DNA of 64,000 nt from Escherichia coli. GTDB lineage: Bacteria > Pseudomonadota > Gammaproteobacteria > Enterobacterales > Enterobacteriaceae. The translations under genes and the position numbers were made by a program. This document shows, one piece after another, positions 53,515 through 63,077 of the stretch (position 1 is the stretch's first letter; each line of letters starts with the position of its first letter). The stretch lies in NCBI RefSeq assembly GCF_003334305.1, contig NZ_QOWS01000001.1, one strand, 5' to 3'. A model generated the notes under the pieces. That model worked only from the letters and a program-made list of their open reading frames with translations, had not been told where the DNA came from and searched no databases.

Positions 53515-54150
53515 ATGAACACTCTCGCAAATATTCAGGAACTCGCGCGCGCACTGCGCAACATGATTCGCACCGGCATTATCGTCGAAACCGACCTTAA
53601 CGCCGGTCGCTGCCGCGTGCAGACCGGCGGCATGTGCACCGACTGGCTTCAGTGGCTGACCCATCGCGCCGGTCGTTCGCGCACATGGTGGGCACCTTCC
53701 GTGGGAGAACAGGTGCTGATTCTGTCCGTGGGCGGTGAACTCGACACGGCATTCGTTCTGCCGGGGATTTATTCCGGCGATAACCCCGCGCCGTCTGCGT
53801 CGGCGGATGCCCTGCATATCCGTTTCCCTGACGGGGCGGTGATTGAGTATGAACCCGAAACCAGTGCACTTACGGTAAGCGGAATTAAAACGGCCAGCGT
53901 GACGGCTTCTGATTCTGTTACTGCCACGGTGCCGGTGGTCATGGTGAAAGCATCAACCCGCGTCACCCTGGACACACCGGAGGTGGTCTGCACCAACAGG
54001 CTGATTACCGGCACGCTGGAAGTGCAGAAGGGCGGGACGATGCGCGGCAACATTGAACACACCGGCGGTGAACTCTCATCAAACGGTAAGGTACTGCATA
54101 CCCATAAACACCCCGGCGACAGTGGCGGCACAACAGGGGGACCTCTATGA
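53515..54150 (+). CDS. V: Baseplate spike protein
   Basis: 211 aa from MNTLANIQELARAL. Confidence 0.88.
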   Translation: MNTLANIQELARALRNMIRTGIIVETDLNAGRCRVQTGGMCTDWLQWLTHRAGRSRTWWAPSVGEQVLILSVGGELDTAFVLPGIYSGDNPAPSASADALHIRFPDGAVIEYEPETSALTVSGIKTASVTASDSVTATVPVVMVKASTRVTLDTPEVVCTNRLITGTLEVQKGGTMRGNIEHTGGELSSNGKVLHTHKHPGDSGGTTGGPL

Positions 54151-54494
54151 CAGCGCGTTATCTCGGAATGAATCGCAGTGATGGCCTGACTGTCACTGAC
54201 CTTGAGCATATCAGCCAGAGTATCGGCGATATCCTGCGCACACCGGTCGGCTCACGGGTGATGCGTCGTGATTACGGCTCGTTGCTGGCGTCAATGATTG
54301 ACCAGCCGCAGACCCCGGCGCTTGAGTTGCAGATTAAAGTCGCCTGTTACATGGCAGTGCTGAAATGGGAACCCCGCGTCACCCTGTCATCCGTCACCAC
54401 GGCGCGCAGTTTTGACGGGCGAATGACGGTCACGTTAACCGGCCTGCACAACGACACCGGCCAGCCACTTTCGTTAACCATCCCTGTGAGTTGA
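54147..54494 (+). CDS. W: Baseplate wedge protein (GPW/gp25-like)
   Basis: 115 aa; position. Confidence 0.88.
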   Translation: MTARYLGMNRSDGLTVTDLEHISQSIGDILRTPVGSRVMRRDYGSLLASMIDQPQTPALELQIKVACYMAVLKWEPRVTLSSVTTARSFDGRMTVTLTGLHNDTGQPLSLTIPVS

Positions 54495-54498
54495 AACC

Positions 54499-55407
54499 AT
54501 GCCGATTATCGACCTGAACCAGCTACCCGCACCGGATGTGGTCGAGGAGCTGGACTTTGAAACCATTCTTGCTGAACGCAAGGCGACACTGATTTCCCTT
54601 TACCCGGAAGACCAGCAGGAGGCGGTCGCCCGTACCCTGACGCTGGAATCCGAGCCTCTCGTCAAACTGCTGGAGGAAAATGCTTATCGTGAGCTTATCT
54701 GGCGTCAGCGTGTGAATGAGGCTGCACGGGCGGTGATGCTGGCCTGTGCCGCCGGTAATGACCTTGATGTGATTGGTGCCAATTACAACACCACACGCCT
54801 GATTATCACCCCGGCAGATGATTCGACCCTCCCGCCGACACCGGCCGTGATGGAATCTGACACGGATTATCGTCTGCGTATTCAGCAGGCGTTTGAAGGT
54901 TTAAGCGTCGCCGGGTCGGTGGGGGCTTATCAGTATCATGGTCGAAGTGCCGACGGGCGTGTCGCAGATATCTCTGTCACCAGTCCTTCTCCGGCCTGCG
55001 TCACTATCTCTGTGCTGTCACGTGAAAATAACGGCGTCGCATCCGAAGACCTGCTGGCCGTGGTGCGTAACGCCCTTAATGGCGAGGACGTCAGGCCGGT
55101 GGCCGACCGCGTGACCGTGCAGTCTGCCGCCATTGTTGAATATCAGATAAACGCCACGCTTTACCTTTACCCTGGTCCCGAAAGCGAACCCATCCGCGCT
55201 GCTGCCGTGAAAAAACTGGAAGCGTATATCACGGCACAGCACCGGCTGGGGCGCGACATCCGTCTGTCTGCCATTTATGCCGCTTTGCATGTGGAGGGCG
55301 TGCAGCGTGTCGAGCTGGCCGCACCACTGGCCGACATCGTGCTCAACAGTACGCAGGCGTCTTTCTGTACCGAATACCGCGTCGTGACCGGAGGCTCGGA
55401 TGAGTGA
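54499..55407 (+). CDS. J: Baseplate protein J
   Basis: 302 aa; position. Confidence 0.88.
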   Translation: MPIIDLNQLPAPDVVEELDFETILAERKATLISLYPEDQQEAVARTLTLESEPLVKLLEENAYRELIWRQRVNEAARAVMLACAAGNDLDVIGANYNTTRLIITPADDSTLPPTPAVMESDTDYRLRIQQAFEGLSVAGSVGAYQYHGRSADGRVADISVTSPSPACVTISVLSRENNGVASEDLLAVVRNALNGEDVRPVADRVTVQSAAIVEYQINATLYLYPGPESEPIRAAAVKKLEAYITAQHRLGRDIRLSAIYAALHVEGVQRVELAAPLADIVLNSTQASFCTEYRVVTGGSDE

Positions 55408-56011
55408 TTCGCGCCTGCTGCCGACCGGCTCATCACCGCTTGAAATTGCTGCCGCGAAAGCCTGTGCGGAAATTGAAAAAACGCCGGTCAGTATTCGTGA
55501 GCTGTGGAACCCGGACACCTGCCCGGCAAATCTGCTGCCGTGGCTGGCGTGGGCCTTTTCGGTCGACAGGTGGGATGAAAAGTGGCCGGAAGCGACAAAA
55601 CGCGCCGTTATCCGCGATGCCTATTTCATCCACTGTCATAAGGGTACTGTCGGCGCAATCCGGCGTGTTGTGGAGCCGCTCGGCTATCTGATTGAAGTGA
55701 GGGAGTGGTGGCAGCTCAACGAGGAGCCGGGGACGTTCCGTATCGTTGTTGGCGTGCTTGAGCAGGGTATTACCGAAGAAATGTATCTGGAGCTGGAACG
55801 TCTCGTTGCTGATGCAAAACCGGCGAGCCGCCATCTGACGGGACTGGCTATCAGTTTAAGTACAACCGGCAACATTTTTGCCGGAACGGGATGCTATCAC
55901 GGTGACGCCCTGACGGTTTATCCCTACACCCCGGAGGCCATTATTGTCGGAGGGGATTATTTCCCGGCCTCGGTCATTCATTTAATTGATAACCTGAGAG
56001 TAAACGCATGA
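55400..56011 (+). CDS. I: Baseplate protein I
   Basis: 203-aa ORF overlapping J end and H start. Confidence 0.8.
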   Translation: MSDSRLLPTGSSPLEIAAAKACAEIEKTPVSIRELWNPDTCPANLLPWLAWAFSVDRWDEKWPEATKRAVIRDAYFIHCHKGTVGAIRRVVEPLGYLIEVREWWQLNEEPGTFRIVVGVLEQGITEEMYLELERLVADAKPASRHLTGLAISLSTTGNIFAGTGCYHGDALTVYPYTPEAIIVGGDYFPASVIHLIDNLRVNA

Positions 56012-57687
56012 CAGTGAAATACTACGCCATTCTGACTAATCAGGGCGCAGCACGACTGGCTAACGCGACGATGCTCGGCAGTAAGCTGAATCTGACGCAA
56101 ATGGCCGTTGGTGATGCGAATGGTGTATTACCGACACCAGACCCGGCACAGACAAAACTGATTAACCAGAAACGCATTGCACCGCTGAATCTTCTGAGTG
56201 TTGACCCTAACAATCAGAGCCAGATTATTGCGGAGCAAATTATCCCTGAAAACGAGGGAGGATTCTGGATCCGTGAGATTGGGCTTTATGATGATGAAGG
56301 CGTACTCATTGCGGTGGCGAACTGCCCGGAAACGTACAAACCGCAGTTGCAGGAAGGCAGTGGTCGTACCCAGACTATCCGCATGATTCTGGTTGTCTCG
56401 AATACCGAAGCCATCACGCTGAAAATCGATCCGTCGGTGGTACTGGCGACCCGTAAATATGTGGATGACAAAATCTCAGAACACGAACAGTCACGACGAC
56501 ACCCGGATGCATCGCTGACCGCAAAAGGTTTTACTCAGTTAAGCAGCGCAACCAACAGCACGTCTGAAACACTGGCCGCAACGCCGAGAGCGGTAAAGAT
56601 CGCGTATGACCTTGCTAACGGGAAATATACTGCACAGGACGCGACCACAGCGCGAAAAGGTCTTGTCCAGCTCAGTAGCGCCACCAACAGCGATTCTGAA
56701 ACGCTTGCGGCAACGCCAAAGGCGGTAAAGACAGCATATGACCTTGCTAACGGGAAATATACCGCACAGGACGCGACCACAGCGCGAAAAGGCCTTGTCC
56801 AGCTCAGCAGCGCCACTAACAGCACGTCAGAAACGCAGGCTGCCACACCAAAAGCCGTGAAGGCTGTATATGACCTTGCCAATGGAAAACAACCTGCCGA
56901 CGCCACACTGACCGCACTGGCAGGCCTTGCCACTGCGGCAGACAAACTACCGTATTTTACGGGGAATGATACAGCCAGCCTGACAACCCTGACTAATGTT
57001 GGACGGGATATTCTGGCTAAAACAAGCAAACAGGAGGTTATTCATTATCTTGGTTTGGGAGCTACAAACGGATACGTGGGACGCTTGGTGAATACCCGGG
57101 TTTTCACGTCATCAGGTACGTACACCCCGACACCAGGAACAAAACGGATCAGGGTCACAATAACGGGCGGCGGTGGCGGAGGGGGTGGCTGCCAGGCTAT
57201 ATCCAGTAACGAAACGTTTTTCGGTGCTGGCGGTGGGGCCGGAGGGACAGTAATCACCATACTGACCCCGACACAGAATAGTTATCCTGTCACTATCGGC
57301 GCAGGTGGGGCCGGCGGCGTTGGTGCGACGAACGGCCTCAAGGGCGGTGATAGCTCGTTCGGATCGGTAATAGCCCCTGGTGGTGAAGGCGGCGGAAAAG
57401 TAGGAGTCACAAACACAAACGGCGGTAACGGAGGCGTACCGAATATTGGCGATATCCGCATCACTGGTGGAGATGGAGGCGACGGTCAGTCCGGGAATAT
57501 CAGCGTCAGCGGTGAAGGCGGTGCATCGTACTGGGGAGGCGGTGGACGTGCAGGCGCTGGCGGTGGCGTTAGAGGCAGGGCATTTGGTTCAGGCGGAGGT
57601 GGTGCATACGATGCAGGTTATAGCGGAACCAGTATGACGGGCGGGAAAGGTGCTGATGGGGTTTGTATTATCGAGGAGTTTGCATAA
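56008..57687 (+). CDS. H: Tail fibre protein with internal tandem repeats and Gly-rich C-terminal domain
   Basis: 559 aa; conserved N-terminus MTVKYYAILTNQGAARLANA; three ~44-aa repeats (QLSSATNS.SETLAATP.AVK.AYDLANGKYTAQDATTARKG); C-terminal third dominated by GGxGG runs. Confidence 0.88.
   Translation: MTVKYYAILTNQGAARLANATMLGSKLNLTQMAVGDANGVLPTPDPAQTKLINQKRIAPLNLLSVDPNNQSQIIAEQIIPENEGGFWIREIGLYDDEGVLIAVANCPETYKPQLQEGSGRTQTIRMILVVSNTEAITLKIDPSVVLATRKYVDDKISEHEQSRRHPDASLTAKGFTQLSSATNSTSETLAATPRAVKIAYDLANGKYTAQDATTARKGLVQLSSATNSDSETLAATPKAVKTAYDLANGKYTAQDATTARKGLVQLSSATNSTSETQAATPKAVKAVYDLANGKQPADATLTALAGLATAADKLPYFTGNDTASLTTLTNVGRDILAKTSKQEVIHYLGLGATNGYVGRLVNTRVFTSSGTYTPTPGTKRIRVTITGGGGGGGGCQAISSNETFFGAGGGAGGTVITILTPTQNSYPVTIGAGGAGGVGATNGLKGGDSSFGSVIAPGGEGGGKVGVTNTNGGNGGVPNIGDIRITGGDGGDGQSGNISVSGEGGASYWGGGGRAGAGGGVRGRAFGSGGGGAYDAGYSGTSMTGGKGADGVCIIEEFA
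56509..56904 (+). repeat. Three tandem ~132-bp coding repeats inside H
   Basis: Near-identical units beginning GCGACCACAGCGCGAAAAGG at 56641 and 56773, with a more diverged first copy from about 56509. Confidence 0.8.
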
Positions 57688-58097
57688 TGAATGCGTCATA
57701 TGCAGTTATTGAAAATGGGATGGTTGTGAATGTCATTGTCTGGGATGGCGAGGATGAATTCACTGTGCCGGATAATCAGCAGCTCATTAATATTTCTGAT
57801 ATCAGTGAGCAGCCCGGAATCGGCTGGGTGTATTCAGACGGGGGATTTACTGCGCCACCCACTCCGGAACGTTCTCATGATGAACTGGTAGCTGACGCTG
57901 AACAGAAAAAACAGTCGCTGTTAGACGCAGCAATGGTCAATATCAGCGTGATTCAGTTAAAGCTGCAGGCCGGGCGCAAACTGACGCAAGAGGAAACTAC
58001 CCGACTTAACGTTGTGCTGGATTATATCGACGCTGTGACGGCAACAGATACCAGCACCGCACCGGATGTCATCTGGCCTGAACTGCCGGAGGCGTAG
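57687..58097 (+). CDS. G: Tail fibre assembly chaperone
   Basis: 136 aa from MNASYAVIENG; start overlaps the H stop. Confidence 0.8.
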   Translation: MNASYAVIENGMVVNVIVWDGEDEFTVPDNQQLINISDISEQPGIGWVYSDGGFTAPPTPERSHDELVADAEQKKQSLLDAAMVNISVIQLKLQAGRKLTQEETTRLNVVLDYIDAVTATDTSTAPDVIWPELPEA

Positions 58098-58197
58098 ACC
58101 ATTCAATATCTGACGTACCGGAAGTATCGGACCGCTCCGGTGCGTACAGGTAATCCAGCCACAAATTATATTGCGCCAGTACCTCAGACCTGCCGGG

Positions 58198-58398
58198 CTA
58201 TTGCTTAGTGTTCATGTGTTTATTGGCCTGATTAATCAGTAGCTGTCTTTCTGGTCGTGTGGATCCTGCAAATCCTGAATGGTCGGAAATACCGCAGGCG
58301 GGCTGATTGCCCGCCTTTTTTATCTGTTGTTTCATCCACTGACCAGCCAGGTCAAATAGCGTCTCATGCTCTGCACAACAGAAAATAGTTGCACCCAT
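58198..58398 (-). CDS. Small antisense ORF at the G/FI junction (P2 Z/fun position); coding status uncertain
   Basis: 66-aa ORF in the gap between G and FI; contains the plus-strand terminator hairpin. Confidence 0.3.
   Translation of the reverse strand: MGATIFCCAEHETLFDLAGQWMKQQIKKAGNQPACGISDHSGFAGSTRPERQLLINQANKHMNTKQ
58297..58321 (+). terminator. Rho-independent terminator after the V-G tail operon
   Basis: GGCGGGC-TGATT-GCCCGCC hairpin followed by TTTTTT. Confidence 0.7.
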
Positions 58399-58417
58399 TA
58401 ACCACGGAGTTAAACGG

Positions 58418-59608
58418 ATGAGTGACTATCATCACGGCGTGCAGGTGCTGGAGATTAACGACGGCACCCGCGTCATTTCCACCGTATCCACTGCCATTGT
58501 CGGCATGGTCTGCACGGCCAGCGATGCGGATGCGGAAACCTTCCCCCTCAATAAACCTGTGCTGATTAGCAATGTGCAGAGCGCAATTGCAAAGGCCGGT
58601 AAAAAAGGCACGCTGGCGGCGTCGCTGCAGGCCATCGCTGACCAGTCAAAACCGGTCACCGTTGTCGTGCGTGTGGAAGACGGCACCGGCGACGACGAAG
58701 AAACGAAACTCGCGCAGACCGTTTCCAATATCATCGGCACCACTGACGAAAACGGTCAGTATACCGGACTGAAAGCCCTGCTGGCGGCAGAGTCGGTAAC
58801 CGGTGTTAAACCGCGTATTCTCGGTGTGCCGGGACTGGACACCAAAGAGGTGGCTGTTGCACTGGCATCAGTCTGCCAGAAGCTGCGCGCTTTCGGGTAT
58901 ATCAGCGCATGGGGCTGTAAAACCATTTCCGAGGTGAAAGCCTACCGCCAGAATTTCAGTCAGCGTGAGCTGATGGTCATCTGGCCGGATTTCCTCGCAT
59001 GGGATACGGTCACCAGTACCACCGCCACCGCGTATGCCACCGCCCGTGCGCTGGGTCTGCGTGCCAGAATCGACCAGGAGCAGGGCTGGCATAAAACGCT
59101 GTCCAACGTCGGGGTAAACGGTGTTACCGGCATCAGCGCGTCCGTATTCTGGGATTTGCAGGAGTCCGGTACCGATGCTGACCTGCTTAACGAGTCTGGC
59201 GTCACAACGCTGATTCGACGCGACGGTTTCCGATTCTGGGGTAACCGTACCTGCTCTGATGACCCGCTGTTCCTCTTTGAAAACTACACCCGCACCGCGC
59301 AGGTGCTGGCCGACACGATGGCTGAGGCGCACATGTGGGCGGTGGACAAGCCCATCACCGCAACGCTGATTCGCGACATCGTTGACGGCATCAATGCCAA
59401 ATTCCGTGAGCTGAAAACAAACGGCTATATCGTGGATGCGACCTGCTGGTTCAGCGAAGAATCCAACGATGCGGAAACCCTTAAGGCCGGAAAACTGTAT
59501 ATCGACTACGACTATACCCCGGTGCCTCCTCTTGAAAACCTGACCCTGCGCCAGCGTATTACCGATAAATACCTGGCAAATCTGGTCACTTCGGTTAACA
59601 GCAATTAA
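58418..59608 (+). CDS. FI: Contractile tail sheath protein
   Basis: 396 aa; position. Confidence 0.9.
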   Translation: MSDYHHGVQVLEINDGTRVISTVSTAIVGMVCTASDADAETFPLNKPVLISNVQSAIAKAGKKGTLAASLQAIADQSKPVTVVVRVEDGTGDDEETKLAQTVSNIIGTTDENGQYTGLKALLAAESVTGVKPRILGVPGLDTKEVAVALASVCQKLRAFGYISAWGCKTISEVKAYRQNFSQRELMVIWPDFLAWDTVTSTTATAYATARALGLRARIDQEQGWHKTLSNVGVNGVTGISASVFWDLQESGTDADLLNESGVTTLIRRDGFRFWGNRTCSDDPLFLFENYTRTAQVLADTMAEAHMWAVDKPITATLIRDIVDGINAKFRELKTNGYIVDATCWFSEESNDAETLKAGKLYIDYDYTPVPPLENLTLRQRITDKYLANLVTSVNSN

Positions 59609-59620
59609 GGAGCCTGACCG

Positions 59621-60139
59621 ATGGCAATGCCGCGCAAACTCAAGTTAATGAACGTCTTTCTGAACGGCTACAGCTATCAGGGCGTTGCAAAGTCCGTCAC
59701 GCTGCCAAAACTGACCCGTAAGCTCGAAAACTATCGCGGTGCTGGGATGAACGGCAGCGCACCGGTAGACCTCGGCCTTGATGACGATGCGCTGTCAATG
59801 GAGTGGTCGCTCGGGGGCTTCCCGGATTCGGTTATCTGGGAGCTTTACGCCGCAACCGGTGTGGATGCCGTGCCGATTCGTTTTGCTGGCTCTTACCAGC
59901 GTGACGATACCGGCGAAACGGTGGCCGTCGAAGTGGTCATGCGTGGCCGTCAGAAAGAAATCGACACCGGCGAGGGTAAACAGGGAGAAGACACCGAGTC
60001 GAAAATCTCCGTGGTCTGTACCTATTTCCGGCTGACGATGGACGGTAAGGAGCTGGTCGAAATCGACACCATCAACATGATTGAGAAGGTGAACGGCGTC
60101 GACCGGCTGGAGCAACACCGCCGAAATATCGGCCTGTGA
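59621..60139 (+). CDS. FII: Tail tube protein
   Basis: 172 aa; position. Confidence 0.9.
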   Translation: MAMPRKLKLMNVFLNGYSYQGVAKSVTLPKLTRKLENYRGAGMNGSAPVDLGLDDDALSMEWSLGGFPDSVIWELYAATGVDAVPIRFAGSYQRDDTGETVAVEVVMRGRQKEIDTGEGKQGEDTESKISVVCTYFRLTMDGKELVEIDTINMIEKVNGVDRLEQHRRNIGL

Positions 60140-60195
60140 TTTTCATCCGGTCAGCCTGGCTGACCGGTTAACCCTGATTCAGAAGTGAGAAAACC

Positions 60196-60471
60196 ATGAA
60201 CAAAGAAAATGTGATTACCCTGGACAATCCGGTCAAGCGTGGTGAGCAGGTTATCGAACAGGTCACGCTGATGAAACCTAATGCCGGGACGCTGCGCGGT
60301 GTCAGTCTGGCTGCGGTCGCAAACTCCGAAGTCGATGCGCTGATTAAGGTGCTGCCGCGCATGACTGCACCGATGCTGACCGAGCAGGAAGTCGCCGCGC
60401 TGGAACTGCCTGACCTTGTGGCGCTGGCCGGTAAGGTGGTCGGTTTTTTGTCGCCGAACTCGGTGCAGTGA
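60196..60471 (+). CDS. E: Tail assembly chaperone E
   Basis: 91 aa ending ...KVVGFLSPNSVQ. Confidence 0.85.
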   Translation: MNKENVITLDNPVKRGEQVIEQVTLMKPNAGTLRGVSLAAVANSEVDALIKVLPRMTAPMLTEQEVAALELPDLVALAGKVVGFLSPNSVQ

Positions 60472-60623
60472 CGTTTCCGAAAAATCTGTCGGTCGATGAC
60501 CTGATGGCGGATGTGGCAGTGATATTTCACTGGCCGCCATCAGAACTGTATCCCATGAGCCTGACCGAACTCATCACATGGCGCGAAAAGGCGCTCCGGC
60601 GAAGCGGAAACACGAATGAGTAA
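60196..60623 (+). CDS. E': E+E' fusion produced by programmed -1 ribosomal frameshift
   Basis: Slippery run TTTTTTG at 60444-60450 inside E; the -1 frame stays open to TAA at 60621-60623, overlapping the T start; total about 142 aa. Confidence 0.75.
60444..60450 (+). other. Programmed -1 frameshift slippery heptamer (T6G)
   Basis: GGTTTTTTG in frame G-GTT-TTT-TG near the 3' end of E. Confidence 0.75.
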
Positions 60624-63063
60624 CAATGTAAAATTACAGGTATTGCTCAGGGCTGTTGACCAGGCATCCCGCCCGTTTAAATCCATCCGTACAGCGAGCA
60701 AGTCGCTGTCGGGGGATATCCGGGACACACAAAAATCACTGCGCGAGCTGAACGGTCACGCATCCCGTATTGAGGGATTTCGCAAGACCAGCGCACAGCT
60801 CGCCGTGACTGGTCATGCACTTGAGAAGGCACGGCTGGAAGCCGAAGCCCTTGCCACACAGTTTAAAAATACCGAACGTCCGACCCGTGCTCAGGCGAAA
60901 GTGCTGGAATCCGCAAAGCGAGCGGCGGAGGACTTACAGGCGAAATATAACCGCCTGACGGATTCCGTTAAACGCCAGCAGCGGGAGCTGGCCGCTGTGG
61001 GAATTAATACCCGCAATCTTGCACATGATGAGCAGGGACTGAAAAACCGTATCAGTGAAACCACCGCACAGCTTAACCGGCAGCGTGACGCGCTGGCGCG
61101 TGTCAGTGCGCAACAGGCAAAACTTAATGCAGTAAAACAGCGTTATCAGGCCGGAAAGGAACTGGCCGGAAATATGGCCTCAGTGGGCGCTGCCGGTGTG
61201 GGGATTGCTGCTGCGGGAACGATGGCCGGAGTTAAGTTGCTGATGCCCGGTTATGAGTTTGCGCAGAAAAACTCAGAATTGCAGGCCGTGCTCGGTGTGG
61301 CAAAAGACTCCGCCGAAATGACCGCACTCCGCAAACAGGCGCGCCAGCTCGGCGACAACACCGCCGCCTCAGCGGATGATGCGGCTGGTGCGCAGATTAT
61401 CATTGCGAAAGCGGGTGGAGATGCTGCGGCTATTCAGGCGGCAACGCCGGTCACGCTGAATATGGCGCTGGCGAACCGCCGCACGATGGAAGAAAACGCC
61501 GCCCTGCTGATGGGGATGAAATCCGCCTTTCAGCTTTCAAACGATAAGGTCGCTCATATCGGGGATGTTCTCTCCATGACGATGAACAAAACCGCCGCCG
61601 ATTTTGACGGTATGAGCGATGCGCTGACCTATGCTGCACCTGTGGCAAAAAATGCCGGTGTCAGCATTGAAGAAACCGCCGCAATGGTCGGAGCGCTGCA
61701 TGATGCAAAAATCACAGGCTCAATGGCGGGGACGGGAAGCCGTGCCGTATTAAGCCGCCTGCAGGCACCGACGGGAAAAGCATGGGATGCACTCAAAGAG
61801 CTTGGAGTGAAAACCTCAGACAGCAAGGGAAACACCCGGCCAATATTTACCATTCTGAAAGAAATGCAGGCCAGTTTTGAGAAAAACCGGCTCGGTACTG
61901 CCCAGCAGGCTGAATACATGAAAACTATTTTCGGGGAGGAGGCCTGCTCAGCCGCTGCCGTGCTGATGACTGCCGCCTCAACCGGAAAGCTGGACAAACT
62001 GACCGCTGCGTTTAAAGCCTCAGACGGGAAGACCGCCGAGCTGGTAAATATCATGCAGGACAACCTAGGCGGTGACTTTAAAGCGTTTCAGTCCGCTTAT
62101 GAGGCGGTGGGGACTGACCTGTTTGACCAGCAGGAAGGCGCGCTGCGTAAGCTCACGCAGACGGCCACAAAGTATGTGTTAAAACTCGACGGCTGGATAC
62201 AGAAAAACAAATCACTGGCGTCAACCATCGGCATCATTGCCGGCGGTGCACTGGCGCTTACTGGCATCATCGGTGCCATTGGCCTCGTAGCCTGGCCGGT
62301 TATCACCGGCATCAATGCCATCATCGCGGCAGCAGGCGCAATGGGGGCAGTCTTCACGACGGTTGGCAGTGCTGTTATGACCGCCATCGGGGCTATTAGC
62401 TGGCCGGTTGTGGCCGTGGTGGCTGCCATTGTCGCCGGTGCGTTGCTTATCCGTAAATACTGGGAGCCTGTCAGCGCATTCTTTGGTGGTGTGGTTGAAG
62501 GGCTGAAAGCGGCATTTGCGCCGGTGGGGGAACTGTTCACGCCACTGAAGCCGGTGTTTGACTGGCTGGGTGAAAAGTTACAGGCCGCGTGGCAGTGGTT
62601 TAAAAACCTGATTGCCCCGGTCAAAGCCACCCAGGACACCCTGAACCGTTGCCGTGACACGGGCGTCATGTTCGGGCAGGCACTGGCTGACGCGCTGATG
62701 CTGCCGCTTAATGCGTTCAACAAACTGCGCAGTGGTATTGACTGGGTACTGGAAAAACTCGGTGTTATCAACAAAGAGTCAGACACACTTGACCAGACCG
62801 CCGCCAGAACTCAAGCCGCCACGTATGGCAGCGGTGGTTATATTCCGGCGACCAGCTCTTATGCAGGCTATCAGGCTTATCAGCCGGTCACGGCACCGGC
62901 TGGCCGCTCTTATGTAGACCAGAGTAAAAACGAATATCACATCAGCCTGACGGGTGGTACTGCGCCGGGGACACAGCTTGACCGCCAGTTACAGGATGCG
63001 CTCGAAAAATACGAGCGGGATAAACGTGCGCGCGCCCGTGCCAGCATGATGCATGACAGTTAA
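60616..63063 (+). CDS. T: Tail tape measure protein
   Basis: 815 aa; coiled-coil N-terminal region and Gly/Ala-rich hydrophobic stretch. Confidence 0.9.
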   Translation: MSNNVKLQVLLRAVDQASRPFKSIRTASKSLSGDIRDTQKSLRELNGHASRIEGFRKTSAQLAVTGHALEKARLEAEALATQFKNTERPTRAQAKVLESAKRAAEDLQAKYNRLTDSVKRQQRELAAVGINTRNLAHDEQGLKNRISETTAQLNRQRDALARVSAQQAKLNAVKQRYQAGKELAGNMASVGAAGVGIAAAGTMAGVKLLMPGYEFAQKNSELQAVLGVAKDSAEMTALRKQARQLGDNTAASADDAAGAQIIIAKAGGDAAAIQAATPVTLNMALANRRTMEENAALLMGMKSAFQLSNDKVAHIGDVLSMTMNKTAADFDGMSDALTYAAPVAKNAGVSIEETAAMVGALHDAKITGSMAGTGSRAVLSRLQAPTGKAWDALKELGVKTSDSKGNTRPIFTILKEMQASFEKNRLGTAQQAEYMKTIFGEEACSAAAVLMTAASTGKLDKLTAAFKASDGKTAELVNIMQDNLGGDFKAFQSAYEAVGTDLFDQQEGALRKLTQTATKYVLKLDGWIQKNKSLASTIGIIAGGALALTGIIGAIGLVAWPVITGINAIIAAAGAMGAVFTTVGSAVMTAIGAISWPVVAVVAAIVAGALLIRKYWEPVSAFFGGVVEGLKAAFAPVGELFTPLKPVFDWLGEKLQAAWQWFKNLIAPVKATQDTLNRCRDTGVMFGQALADALMLPLNAFNKLRSGIDWVLEKLGVINKESDTLDQTAARTQAATYGSGGYIPATSSYAGYQAYQPVTAPAGRSYVDQSKNEYHISLTGGTAPGTQLDRQLQDALEKYERDKRARARASMMHDS

Positions 63064-63077
63064 GGAGGTGACGAAAA

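Noticed and set aside
56509-56904. Regularly spaced ~132-bp direct repeats, considered as a possible CRISPR-like or VNTR array
   Set aside because: Repeats are contiguous with no unique spacers and are in-frame coding sequence of H; no CRISPR array was seen anywhere in the window.
56535-57029. 164-aa minus-strand ORF with internally repeated peptide
   Set aside because: Antisense reading of the tandem repeats inside tail-fibre gene H; the repeats create a long open shadow frame.
62097-62786. 229-aa minus-strand ORF
   Set aside because: Antisense to tape measure gene T (Ala/Gly-rich region gives open alternate frames).
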